A stretch of 28,390 nucleotides of DNA, taken from the IMG/VR virus record IMGVR_UViG_3300020161_000151, positions 1-28,390 of that record, one strand, 5' to 3'. Positions 17,073 to 24,264 of the stretch are shown here, one piece after another. Numbering within the stretch: the stretch's first letter is position 1; each line of letters starts with the position of its first letter. The notes under the pieces are model-generated. The model made no database searches, was not told the origin of the DNA, and saw only the letters and a list, made by a program, of their open reading frames with translations. The position numbers and the translations under genes are program-made. Source of the DNA: a virus (taxonomy: Duplodnaviria; Caudoviricetes).

Positions 17073-17099
17073 AGTTCGCTTTTAAGTTAAACAGCCTGT

Positions 17100-17128
17100 A
17101 CTGTATCATGTTTAATTCGGTCTTGCAC
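17100..17128 (-). promoter_or_regulatory. Leftward sigma70-type promoter
   Basis: On the minus strand: GTGCAA, 17 bp spacer, TACAGT, with TGn extended -10. Confidence 0.55.
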
Positions 17129-17151
17129 TAAATTTTTTTTTAGTGTAACAT
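17123..17151 (+). promoter_or_regulatory. Rightward sigma70-type promoter with operator-like inverted repeat
   Basis: TTGCAC, 17 bp spacer, TAACAT. CACTAAA-N6-TTTAGTG inverted repeat at 17126-17145. Confidence 0.65.
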
Positions 17152-17172
17152 GAGATTAACCAACGAAAGGAT

Positions 17173-17388
17173 ATGATGACACTTCAAGAATTTTTTAAAG
17201 ACAAACCAAGGGGAACAATGATTGCCTTTGCCCGCAAGCTGGGCATCAGCAAAACATGGCTCTCATTGATTGTTACGGGGCGACAACTGCCTAGCCCTGA
17301 GTTAGCACGCGACATCGAGTTGCACACTGGCAGGAAAGTGAAGAGGGCTGACCTACGGCCCGACATTTTTGGAAAGACAGCGCGATGA
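17173..17388 (+). CDS. Cro/YdaS-like HTH transcriptional regulator
   Basis: 'FARKLGISKTWLSLIVTGRQLPSPELARDIE...ADLRPDIF' signature; first gene of the rightward operon. Confidence 0.85.
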   Translation: MMTLQEFFKDKPRGTMIAFARKLGISKTWLSLIVTGRQLPSPELARDIELHTGRKVKRADLRPDIFGKTAR

Positions 17389-18038
17389 TATGGTACAAAT
17401 TTCACATCGGTGACTACCTCACACACACAGTGCATCTGTCTGATGCTGAGGACTTGGCGTACCGACGCCTGCTTGACCTTTACTACATGAGCGAGAAGGC
17501 TATCCCACTCGATACCGAATCGGTTGCGAGAAAGATACGTCTTGACTTAGACATAACCGAATCGGTTTTGAATGAGTTTTTTGAACATAGTGAAAATGGC
17601 TATTACAACCATCGTTGTCATGTCGAAATTGCCAAATACAACCATCAAGTTGAGAACAACCGACAGCTTGGGAAGCGAGGCGGCAGGCCGCTGAAAACCG
17701 AATCGATAACCGAATCAAAAGCGAACACAAACCCTAACAGAAACAGAAACAGAAACAGAAATACCATTACGTCGGTTACACCGACCACGTCGCGGTTTGA
17801 AGAGTTTTGGAACAACTGGCCTACATCAAAACGTAAAGTCGCTAAAAGCGCCTGTAAGGCGAAATGGGAGCGTCTGGCACTAGACCCCTTAGCCGACAAA
17901 ATAAACGCCGTGGTGGCCCGTTTAAGGGCTTCTGAGCAGTGGATTTCTGGGTATGAGCCTGCCCCGCTTACGTTCATCAACCAAAAGCGTTGGGAAGACG
18001 ACTCTGGTTCGGTCTCGATTGGCAGGAAAGTTATATGA
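17385..18038 (+). CDS. Replication initiator, DUF1376/YdaU-like (lambda O analogue)
   Basis: N-term 'WYKFHIGDY...HLSDAEDLAYRRLLDLYY', 'GKRGGRP' linker, C-term 'FEEFWNNWP...PLTFINQKRWED'. Contains internal iterons. Confidence 0.85.
   Translation: MIWYKFHIGDYLTHTVHLSDAEDLAYRRLLDLYYMSEKAIPLDTESVARKIRLDLDITESVLNEFFEHSENGYYNHRCHVEIAKYNHQVENNRQLGKRGGRPLKTESITESKANTNPNRNRNRNRNTITSVTPTTSRFEEFWNNWPTSKRKVAKSACKAKWERLALDPLADKINAVVARLRASEQWISGYEPAPLTFINQKRWEDDSGSVSIGRKVI
17696..17760 (+). repeat. Putative replication origin: 12-bp iterons plus (AACAGA)4 A-rich tract
   Basis: AACCGAATCGAT / AACCGAATCAAA / AGCGAACACAAA, then AACAGA x4 (17736-17759), inside the initiator gene as in lambdoid origins. Confidence 0.65.
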
Positions 18039-18460
18039 GCGCCATCGAGAACTTCATTAACAGGCTCGACAAGGTCAAGGGCCGCAACGGGTCATGGACT
18101 GCTTGCTGTCCTGCTCATGCTGACAAGTCACCCTCGTTGTCTGTTCGCGAAGGTGAAGACGGGCGTGTGCTAGTGCATTGTTTTGGTGGCTGTTCTGTTG
18201 ACCAGATTTTGGGCGCGGTTGGCATGGACATGAATGACCTGTTCCCGCCTAAGCGCGAGTGGTCGGCGCCAACAGCCAAGGCTATGAAGCCGAGGTTCTA
18301 CTCTAGCGACCTGATGCGAATTATTTCGTTTGAGGCGCTGGTGGTGATGATTGCGGCAAGCGACTTGTCTAAGGGCAAGAAGCTGAACGACCGTGACATG
18401 GAGCGAATGAAATTGTCTTGTGAGCGAATTCAGGAAGTGGCGAGGTATTGCGATGTCTAA
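18035..18460 (+). CDS. CHC2 zinc-finger (primase zinc-binding domain) protein
   Basis: 'WTACCPAHADKSPSLSV...VLVHCFGGC'. ATGA overlap. No TOPRIM domain. Confidence 0.85.
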   Translation: MSAIENFINRLDKVKGRNGSWTACCPAHADKSPSLSVREGEDGRVLVHCFGGCSVDQILGAVGMDMNDLFPPKREWSAPTAKAMKPRFYSSDLMRIISFEALVVMIAASDLSKGKKLNDRDMERMKLSCERIQEVARYCDV

Positions 18461-19457
18461 TGTTTCGATGATTGAACAGCGTGCAAAAGAGTTGGACGAG
18501 GAGCGGCGTATCCGCATCATCAAGTCCGAGGAAGTTGACTTTGAGAAGTATTTACACAGCACTGACCTCACGCAGAAGGTGCGTGATGCTCAGGGTATGT
18601 TGGAAGAGGTTCGGGAAGAGTTCCTAAACCCACAGAAGGAAGTTGCCCAGTCAATGCCTTGGGGTAAGACGCAAGAGGGCTTTCAGTTTCGTGCAGGTGA
18701 GGTGACTCTGTACGCTGGTGGTAATGGTGGAGGCAAGTCCATGATTACAGGCCAGATTGCTTTGAACCTTATTAAGCAAAAGCAGAAGGTAATGATTGCA
18801 TCTTTCGAGATGAAGCCCAAGCGAACCCTCACCCGTATGCTTCGCCAGTTCGCTGGTGAGAACATTTACCTTCCGCGCTACGTCAATGCGCAGAAGTACA
18901 TGAACGACCTTATCGACCGTCTGCAAATGTTTTGCTATGACCACCTGTGGCTCTACGACCAGCAGGGTACGGTTAACGCCCAGCAGGTCATTGCGGTCTC
19001 ACGCTACAGCGCGATGGAGTTGGGTGTTCAGCACATCTTCATTGACTCGCTGATGAAGTGCGTCTCGGGCGAGGATGACTACAACGCCCAGAAGGCTTTC
19101 GTTGATGAGTTGACTGCGCTGGCGCGTGACCACAACGTCCACATCCACCTGATTCACCACATCCGCAAGTTGGCAAGCGAAGAGGTACAACCCAATAAGA
19201 ACGACATCAAAGGCTCTGGCGCCATCAGCGACCAAGTGGACAACGTGTTGATGGTGTGGCGCAACAAAAAGAAAGAACACCAGTCACAGACAGGGACGGC
19301 TGATGTGATGACGCCTGACGCCATGCTGATGTGCGAGAAGCAAAGGAACGGTGAGGCAGAGGACTGGTACTCGCTTTGGTATCACAAAGACAGCCAGCAG
19401 TTTGTCGAGCAATACGATTCTGTTCCCATGTCTTTTGACGGTGGGGGTAAGTTTTGA
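18453..19457 (+). CDS. DnaB/T7-gp4-like SF4 replicative helicase
   Basis: Walker A 'AGGNGGGKS', 'SFEM', Walker B 'IFIDSL', 'DIKGSGAISDQVD', 'KQRNG'. Confidence 0.92.
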   Translation: MSNVSMIEQRAKELDEERRIRIIKSEEVDFEKYLHSTDLTQKVRDAQGMLEEVREEFLNPQKEVAQSMPWGKTQEGFQFRAGEVTLYAGGNGGGKSMITGQIALNLIKQKQKVMIASFEMKPKRTLTRMLRQFAGENIYLPRYVNAQKYMNDLIDRLQMFCYDHLWLYDQQGTVNAQQVIAVSRYSAMELGVQHIFIDSLMKCVSGEDDYNAQKAFVDELTALARDHNVHIHLIHHIRKLASEEVQPNKNDIKGSGAISDQVDNVLMVWRNKKKEHQSQTGTADVMTPDAMLMCEKQRNGEAEDWYSLWYHKDSQQFVEQYDSVPMSFDGGGKF

Positions 19458-19693
19458 ATGAGCAGGAGGGCCAAGGACAAGATGAGCATCGTCACCGTTG
19501 TCTCGTTCGGGAGGTTCTCAGGATGCGTTTACAAAATCGCGATAGCGCACACCGCTGGCTCAATGGTTACGTTGACGAGCGTGGGAAGCGCCACAAAGGG
19601 TGGAACGAACTTCACCCCAAGTCCCGCCTTGAGGCGGATGTTAGAGAGCAATGGATTAAAGGCAACAGAGGTAAAGAAGGAGAATGGAAATGA
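19454..19693 (+). CDS. Hypothetical protein
   Basis: ATGA overlaps on both sides, 79 aa. Confidence 0.75.
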   Translation: MNEQEGQGQDEHRHRCLVREVLRMRLQNRDSAHRWLNGYVDERGKRHKGWNELHPKSRLEADVREQWIKGNRGKEGEWK

Positions 19694-19920
19694 ACTTTGA
19701 CAAAAACATTTTTGCGCAGGGACAAACCTTGTTCACGCAAGACGAATTCAACAAAGCATTGAGCGAGGCGAAAGCTGAAATCATGGCTATAGCAATAGAG
19801 ACAACCAAGCAAGCACTTGCAATTGAGAGAGAGGAGTGCGCCAAGCTGGCTGACAACTGTCTCAACATTGAAACCCTTGGGGATGAGATTCGTAACCGCA
19901 TGAGGCCAAAGAATGCTTGA
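19690..19920 (+). CDS. Hypothetical protein
   Basis: ATGA overlap; 'EREECAKLAD...EIRNR' phage-type motif. Confidence 0.75.
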   Translation: MNFDKNIFAQGQTLFTQDEFNKALSEAKAEIMAIAIETTKQALAIEREECAKLADNCLNIETLGDEIRNRMRPKNA

Positions 19921-20260
19921 AATCACACTACCTTGGCCTCCAACGGTCAACACCTACTGGCGTCAGTATCAGGGGCGCGTTCTCATCAGTGCGAAGGGGC
20001 GCGAGTACCGCAAGGCTGTCGCTGACCAAGTGCTGATTCAACGTGCGGCAAAGCACATCGACTACGCCATGCGTGTTGAGATTCAGGCGTTCAGGCCAGA
20101 CCGCCGCCGCCGAGACCTAGACAACTTGCTCAAGGCCATCCTTGACTCGCTCACTCATGCAGGTGTGATGCAGGACGACGCATTGATTGAGGACTTGCGC
20201 ATCTACTGGGCTGACGATGTTGGCGGCATGGTCAAAATAAAAATAGAAGGAATGTTATGA
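19913..20260 (+). CDS. rusA: RusA-family Holliday junction resolvase
   Basis: 'LPWPPTVNTYWR', 'PDRRRRDLDNLLKAILDSL...GVMQDD'. Confidence 0.93.
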   Translation: MLEITLPWPPTVNTYWRQYQGRVLISAKGREYRKAVADQVLIQRAAKHIDYAMRVEIQAFRPDRRRRDLDNLLKAILDSLTHAGVMQDDALIEDLRIYWADDVGGMVKIKIEGML

Positions 20261-20421
20261 AACAAGAACCACAACTGCTGGATATGTTTGCGCTGTTTGC
20301 TTTGATGGGCATTCTGAGCAAGGCCACCAAGTCAGCCAAGCCAGACGAGATTGCGTTTGCGGCGTATGAGCAGGCGCAGGCAATGATGGATGAGCGGCTA
20401 CAACACGTTGATGAGGATTGA
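20257..20421 (+). CDS. Small hypothetical protein (54 aa, absent from the ORF track)
   Basis: MKQEPQLLDMFALFALMGIL...IAFAAYEQAQAMMDER; resembles the common phage 'D-FA--AM-G...AY--A-AM' pattern. ATGA overlap. Confidence 0.7.
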   Translation: MKQEPQLLDMFALFALMGILSKATKSAKPDEIAFAAYEQAQAMMDERLQHVDED

Positions 20422-20422
20422 T

Positions 20423-20542
20423 ATGGATAGCGTTTGGAACATTGCAATGATATTTTTTATGCTGTCTGGCTTTGTTGCTTGGGCGGTTGCTATTTTGTTG
20501 TCGTGGTACTACTGGCTGTGTCAGCCTAAAAAGGAGCAATAA
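20423..20542 (+). CDS. Small single-pass membrane protein (39 aa)
   Basis: GAGG SD; MDSVWNIAMIFFMLSGFVAWAVAILLSWYYWLCQPKKEQ*. Confidence 0.6.
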   Translation: MDSVWNIAMIFFMLSGFVAWAVAILLSWYYWLCQPKKEQ

Positions 20543-20680
20543 ATGTTTGAGTCATTCGGAGATTTTTTCTGGACATTCATGGCAATGTCTGGGTTCATGT
20601 TTTGGATTTGCGTTGTAATTTTTGTCTTTCTAGTTGTCAGGCGCCGTAGAGAAAAAAGGGGGGCGATTTATGAGTTATGA
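20543..20680 (+). CDS. Small single-pass membrane protein (45 aa)
   Basis: AAGGAG SD; MFESFGDFFWTFMAMSGFMFWICVVIFVFLVVRRRREKRGAIYEL*. Confidence 0.68.
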   Translation: MFESFGDFFWTFMAMSGFMFWICVVIFVFLVVRRRREKRGAIYEL

Positions 20681-21005
20681 GGAAAGAGACCCACACAAGG
20701 CGGTTGACTACATCCTGAAGCACGCCGCGCTCTTTGCTAAGGCGAAGGCAGAGCGGACGTACATAGAGGAGTATCGCAAGTCCCTCAAATCAATTCTGAT
20801 GAAGCGAAGTATGGAAACTGCAATTGGTGCGCAAGAGCGCGATGCATACGCGCACCCTGAGTATGTGCAGTTGCTCGATGGGTTGAAGGAGGCTGTGCTT
20901 ATTGAGGAACGGCTCAAATGGGACATCACCGCGGCGACATTACGCGTGGAAATTTGGCGAACCGAGCAGGCCAACAACAGGGCCGAGGGGAAGGTGACTG
21001 TGTGA
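20670..21005 (+). CDS. Helical phage protein, possibly UvsY-like recombination mediator
   Basis: 'AQERDAYAHPEY...VEIWRTEQANNR'. The ORF is solid; the function is a weak recollection. Confidence 0.45.
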   Translation: MSYEERDPHKAVDYILKHAALFAKAKAERTYIEEYRKSLKSILMKRSMETAIGAQERDAYAHPEYVQLLDGLKEAVLIEERLKWDITAATLRVEIWRTEQANNRAEGKVTV

Positions 21006-21241
21006 CCACCTACAAAACAGATGAAGACGAAGAGTTCGAGCGCATAGAGCGTGAGCAGGAACAAAGAAACGCTGAGGGCTGGCGCAAGCGGCAGGTTATG
21101 ACAATGCGAACCAGCTTTGAGTCGTTTGATGATTGGCAACACAGCCACCGCCCAGAGCAGTATTGGGTAGAGCGCCGTGCCTATCTTGCAGGCTTTGATG
21201 CTGGGCGCCATTACGAAGGATTGAAGGATTTAAATGACTGA
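21002..21241 (+). CDS. Hypothetical protein
   Basis: GTGA overlap start; 'DEDEEFERIERE', 'AYLAGFDAG'. Confidence 0.65.
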   Translation: MTTYKTDEDEEFERIEREQEQRNAEGWRKRQVMTMRTSFESFDDWQHSHRPEQYWVERRAYLAGFDAGRHYEGLKDLND

Positions 21242-21386
21242 CCCCACAAAGAAAACCTGCCAAGTCTGCCGACTACAGCCAGCCCAGAAGCTAGGGAGGT
21301 CGAGTAACGGCACACCGCAGTGGCGTTGCCTTACCTGCCACGAACTCAAGAACCGACAAGGCTTTACGAAGAGCAGGCCAGCATGA
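21234..21386 (+). CDS. Small zinc-ribbon protein (50 aa, absent from the ORF track)
   Basis: AAGGA SD; CQVC...WRCLTC; ATGA overlap with the next gene. Confidence 0.7.
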   Translation: MTDPTKKTCQVCRLQPAQKLGRSSNGTPQWRCLTCHELKNRQGFTKSRPA

Positions 21387-21679
21387 CCACACTCAAAGAG
21401 AAAAAGCACATGAGCGCTGTGGCTGAACTAGGCTGTGCTGTGTGCCGCAGGATGGGATACGAGGGTACGCCAGCAGAACTACACCATCCAAGGCGTTTGG
21501 CGGGGGGCTGGGGGCGTTCAAACCACATGAGTGTCATACCGCTATGCCCAGAGCATCATCGCGGCTCTACGGGCCTGCATGGCCTTGGCACGAAGGGCTT
21601 TGAGAAGCACTACGGGTACGACGAGGCTGACCTGCTCAAGGACACCCTGACCCTGCTAGGCACTACGGTTTGCGAGTAA
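21383..21679 (+). CDS. ref: Ref-family (recombination enhancement) HNH-like nuclease
   Basis: 'VAELGCAVC...ELHH...VIPLCPEHHRG...GLH...FEKHYG' signature. Confidence 0.8.
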   Translation: MTTLKEKKHMSAVAELGCAVCRRMGYEGTPAELHHPRRLAGGWGRSNHMSVIPLCPEHHRGSTGLHGLGTKGFEKHYGYDEADLLKDTLTLLGTTVCE

Positions 21680-21695
21680 AGCGGTTGTTTTTCTG

Positions 21696-21821
21696 CAACA
21701 TATTAGGGTTTTCCTTAGAAAATATTTTTATAAAGTTGTTGACCACGTTTAATTTGGCCTTAAACTACAAGCACTGACCAAGCAATACCTGCAAGGCAGT
21801 CACAGCGAAGGAAACAGCGAA
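21696..21821 (+). promoter_or_regulatory. Repeated promoter/leader element, copy 1
   Basis: CAACATATTAGGG...AGTTGTTGACC-ACGTTTAATTTGG...TAAACT...CACTG...AGCGAA-ATG. Confidence 0.8.
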
Positions 21822-22106
21822 ATGAACAACGACATCAACTTCACATCAGTAGACACACTCGGTTCACTCTTGGCTCAGATTGCCGACCTCACCAAGCAAG
21901 CCGATGCAATCAAAGACAGCATCAAGGACAACGCCAGCAAAGGCGGCGCCAAGGTTGTCGAGGGCGCAATCTTCAAGGCCACCTACATCGAGTCCAACCG
22001 TAGCGTGTTCGACAAAGATGCATTCATCAAAGAGTTTGGCGCAGACGCATACGCCAAGTTCACCAAGGTCTCGGCAGTGTTCTCTGTCAAGGTCACCAGC
22101 AAGTAA
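21822..22106 (+). CDS. Hypothetical protein
   Basis: 94 aa, first gene after promoter copy 1. Confidence 0.8.
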   Translation: MNNDINFTSVDTLGSLLAQIADLTKQADAIKDSIKDNASKGGAKVVEGAIFKATYIESNRSVFDKDAFIKEFGADAYAKFTKVSAVFSVKVTSK

Positions 22107-22112
22107 ACCAAC

Positions 22113-22126
22113 GGGGCTTCGGCCCC
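22113..22126 (+). other. GC hairpin with UUCG loop, no U-tract
   Basis: GGGGC-TTCG-GCCCC just after a stop codon. Confidence 0.75.
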
Positions 22127-22152
22127 ATAACCAAAACGAAAGCGAATCGGTT

Positions 22153-22338
22153 ATGAAACACGCGCAAGCAGATTACATCAACGCAGGCTACAAGTACGAG
22201 AAGGCCACCAGCGCCGACAAGGCTCGTGCAGTAGCTGAGGGCATCCGCAAGATGCTCGAAGAGGAAGACATCAAAGACCAAGCAGACGCACGCCACCTCG
22301 TTGGGCGTGGTCGTCAAGAGGCGAGGGAGACAGCATGA
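22153..22338 (+). CDS. Hypothetical protein
   Basis: MKHAQADYINAGYKYE...; ATG follows AGCGAATCGGTT; ATGA overlap downstream. Confidence 0.75.
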   Translation: MKHAQADYINAGYKYEKATSADKARAVAEGIRKMLEEEDIKDQADARHLVGRGRQEARETA

Positions 22339-22670
22339 ACACCGACCACATCATCACCAACAATCTGAACGGCAAGTTCAAGTGCGAGTATTGCGGAGAG
22401 GAGGAGGAGCCTCCCTTCATGCCTGCACCTATCAACGTCATCATCGATGCAATGGACTACTTCATGGACAAGCATGAGAACTGCACCCCACCACCACAGG
22501 AGACCGTTATGAGTGAATACATCAAGGGCTTTGACGCAGGCTACGACTATGTCCTGCGTGAGGTAGAGAACTACATCAAGGGCGCCAACAGCCACGACGC
22601 TCTCGTGCTGGCTGAATTGCTGGCCCACCTCAAGATGGAAAATAAACAACATATTAGGGAAAGCACCTAG
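22335..22670 (+). CDS. Hypothetical protein with CxxC/HxxC motifs
   Basis: 'KCEYCG', 'KHENC'; GGAG SD. Confidence 0.7.
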   Translation: MNTDHIITNNLNGKFKCEYCGEEEEPPFMPAPINVIIDAMDYFMDKHENCTPPPQETVMSEYIKGFDAGYDYVLREVENYIKGANSHDALVLAELLAHLKMENKQHIREST

Positions 22671-22758
22671 AAAATAATTAAATAAAGTTGTTGCATTGTT
22701 TAATTTGGAGTTATACTAACCTCACTGCAATACGCAGGTAACAGCGAAGGAAAGCGAA
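22647..22758 (+). promoter_or_regulatory. Repeated promoter/leader element, copy 2
   Basis: CAACATATTAGGG...AGTTGTTGCATTGTTTAATTTGG..TATACT...CACTG...AGCGAA-ATG. Confidence 0.8.
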
Positions 22759-23148
22759 ATGAAATATCAATACAACGATGGAGGCCGCAAGGCCGCAGGC
22801 TTCAAAGGCACAGCAGGTGACTGTGGCGCTCGTGCAATGGCAATCGCACTGGGCCTCGACTACACAGCCGTGTACAAAGAACTGGCCCAAGCCAACGCCG
22901 ACAACGGTCGCGCAAAGTCTGCCCGTAACGGCGTGATGAAAGACGTGTACACCGAGGTGCTGAAGCGTTATGGTTTTGTGTGGATGAAGGCGCCACAGTT
23001 TGCAGGCCGCAAGGCGCGTTGCAGTGACCTCACAGGCGTGGTCATTGCCAAGCAGGCCCGTCACTTTGTGGCAGTGATTGACGGTGTCGCTCACGACGCA
23101 TGGGACAGCACCGAGCGCATGGTTTACGGGTACTGGGCCAAGCAATAA
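22759..23148 (+). CDS. Hypothetical protein, possible papain/C39-like Cys-His-Asp fold
   Basis: 'GDCGARAMAIA', 'RHFVAVIDG', 'HDAWDS'. Confidence 0.5.
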   Translation: MKYQYNDGGRKAAGFKGTAGDCGARAMAIALGLDYTAVYKELAQANADNGRAKSARNGVMKDVYTEVLKRYGFVWMKAPQFAGRKARCSDLTGVVIAKQARHFVAVIDGVAHDAWDSTERMVYGYWAKQ

Positions 23149-23153
23149 ACCAA

Positions 23154-23169
23154 GGGGGCTACGGCCCCC
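23154..23169 (+). other. GC hairpin with UACG loop, no U-tract
   Basis: GGGGGC-TACG-GCCCCC just after a stop codon. Confidence 0.75.
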
Positions 23170-23203
23170 AACAAAAGCGAATCAAAACCGAAAGGAAAGC
23201 GAA

Positions 23204-23476
23204 ATGAAAACTACAGACTTCCAGTACACCTTTGAGAGCGTTGTGTCTTACGACGACGGCGAGACCACAGTGCCAGTCACAGTGGCTTACGACTACTTGC
23301 CAGAGGAGTTGAACTACCCTGACGCTCCTGACTACGCAGAGATGTTTGACGTGTTCGTGTTTGATGCAAGCGGCAAGGACATCACATACGACATCCCACA
23401 AGAAGAGACCGAGCGCCTCGCCGAAGAGGCCAAAGAGGACTTCAAGCAGGTCGTGGCTGATGCCAACGCATACTAG
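23204..23476 (+). CDS. Acidic hypothetical protein
   Basis: MKTTDFQYTFES...; AAGGA SD and AGCGAA before the ATG. Confidence 0.75.
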   Translation: MKTTDFQYTFESVVSYDDGETTVPVTVAYDYLPEELNYPDAPDYAEMFDVFVFDASGKDITYDIPQEETERLAEEAKEDFKQVVADANAY

Positions 23477-23591
23477 GGAAAGTCCCTACAAATATTTTTA
23501 AAATAGTTGTTGTATTGTTTAACTTGAGGTTATACTAACACCACTGACACAGCAAATCCGCATAGTCAGGTAACACAGAAAGAACAGCGAA
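23469..23591 (+). promoter_or_regulatory. Repeated promoter/leader element, copy 3
   Basis: CATACTAGGGAAAGTCCCTA...AGTTGTTGTATTGTTTAACTTG...TATACT...CACTG...AGCGAA-ATG. Confidence 0.8.
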
Positions 23592-23999
23592 ATGAACATC
23601 GGAACACAAACCAACAGCGTCGTAAACCACTTGTACAGCCGCATGACGGTTGGCGCACCAGCCCCAGAAGTTGGCATGGGTGCTACAAAGTTGTCATGGA
23701 CTGACCGCCACGCCGCGACAGTGACAAAGGTTACCAAGTTAAAAAGCAAGGTGTGGGCATACGAGATTTTTGTCATTGAAGACAAGCCAACGGTTGTCTC
23801 TGGTAGCGTGCATGACGGTAGCGCCGTCTACACCTTTGAGCCAAACCCTTCTGGTTACGCCGATATGTATCGCATGGACTCCAAGACAGGCAAATGGGTT
23901 CGCGGCTATATCAACGGCGCGACAGGCAGATTCAAGCAACGCCGTAGTGGTGGTTTGATTCTTGGTATGCGTGACCATCACTTTGACCCACACTTCTAA
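23592..23999 (+). CDS. Hypothetical protein
   Basis: 135 aa, 'PEVGMGAT...TDRH...GMRDHHFDPHF'; first gene after promoter copy 3. Confidence 0.8.
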   Translation: MNIGTQTNSVVNHLYSRMTVGAPAPEVGMGATKLSWTDRHAATVTKVTKLKSKVWAYEIFVIEDKPTVVSGSVHDGSAVYTFEPNPSGYADMYRMDSKTGKWVRGYINGATGRFKQRRSGGLILGMRDHHFDPHF

Positions 24000-24005
24000 A
24001 TCCAA

Positions 24006-24021
24006 GGGGGCGAAAGCCCCC
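24006..24021 (+). other. GC hairpin with GAAA loop, no U-tract
   Basis: GGGGGC-GAAA-GCCCCC just after a stop codon. Confidence 0.75.
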
Positions 24022-24024
24022 GAT

Positions 24025-24068
24025 ACCGAATCACAACCGAATTGAAACCGAATAGAAAGCGAATCGAT
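24025..24068 (+). repeat. Four 11-bp tandem repeats A(C/G)CGAATNNNN
   Basis: ACCGAATCACA ACCGAATTGAA ACCGAATAGAA AGCGAATCGAT. Confidence 0.85.
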
Positions 24069-24069
24069 T

Positions 24070-24264
24070 ATGACAAAAGAAGTTGAATTATCAATCAAGA
24101 CCGAGCATGGTGTGCGCGTGTCTATTTCCGAGTGGGATGACGGTGGTGCGTGGTTGCATTTGCAAGGGCGCCACTCCACCATGAGTAGCGTATTGACCCG
24201 CGACGAGGCACAGCAGTTGTTGGCTGGCCTTCAAGCTATCTTGGCAAAAGAGGAGACAGCATGA
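24070..24264 (+). CDS. Hypothetical protein
   Basis: 64 aa; ATGA overlap downstream. Confidence 0.75.
   Translation: MTKEVELSIKTEHGVRVSISEWDDGGAWLHLQGRHSTMSSVLTRDEAQQLLAGLQAILAKEETA

Noticed and set aside
20423-20680. Holin/lysis cassette
   Set aside because: No adjacent endolysin or spanin, and the location is in the replication/recombination operon.
21696-23591. Repeats as a CRISPR array or attC-type sites
   Set aside because: They are long, degenerate, promoter-like and separated by whole genes; no cas genes or integron integrase are present.
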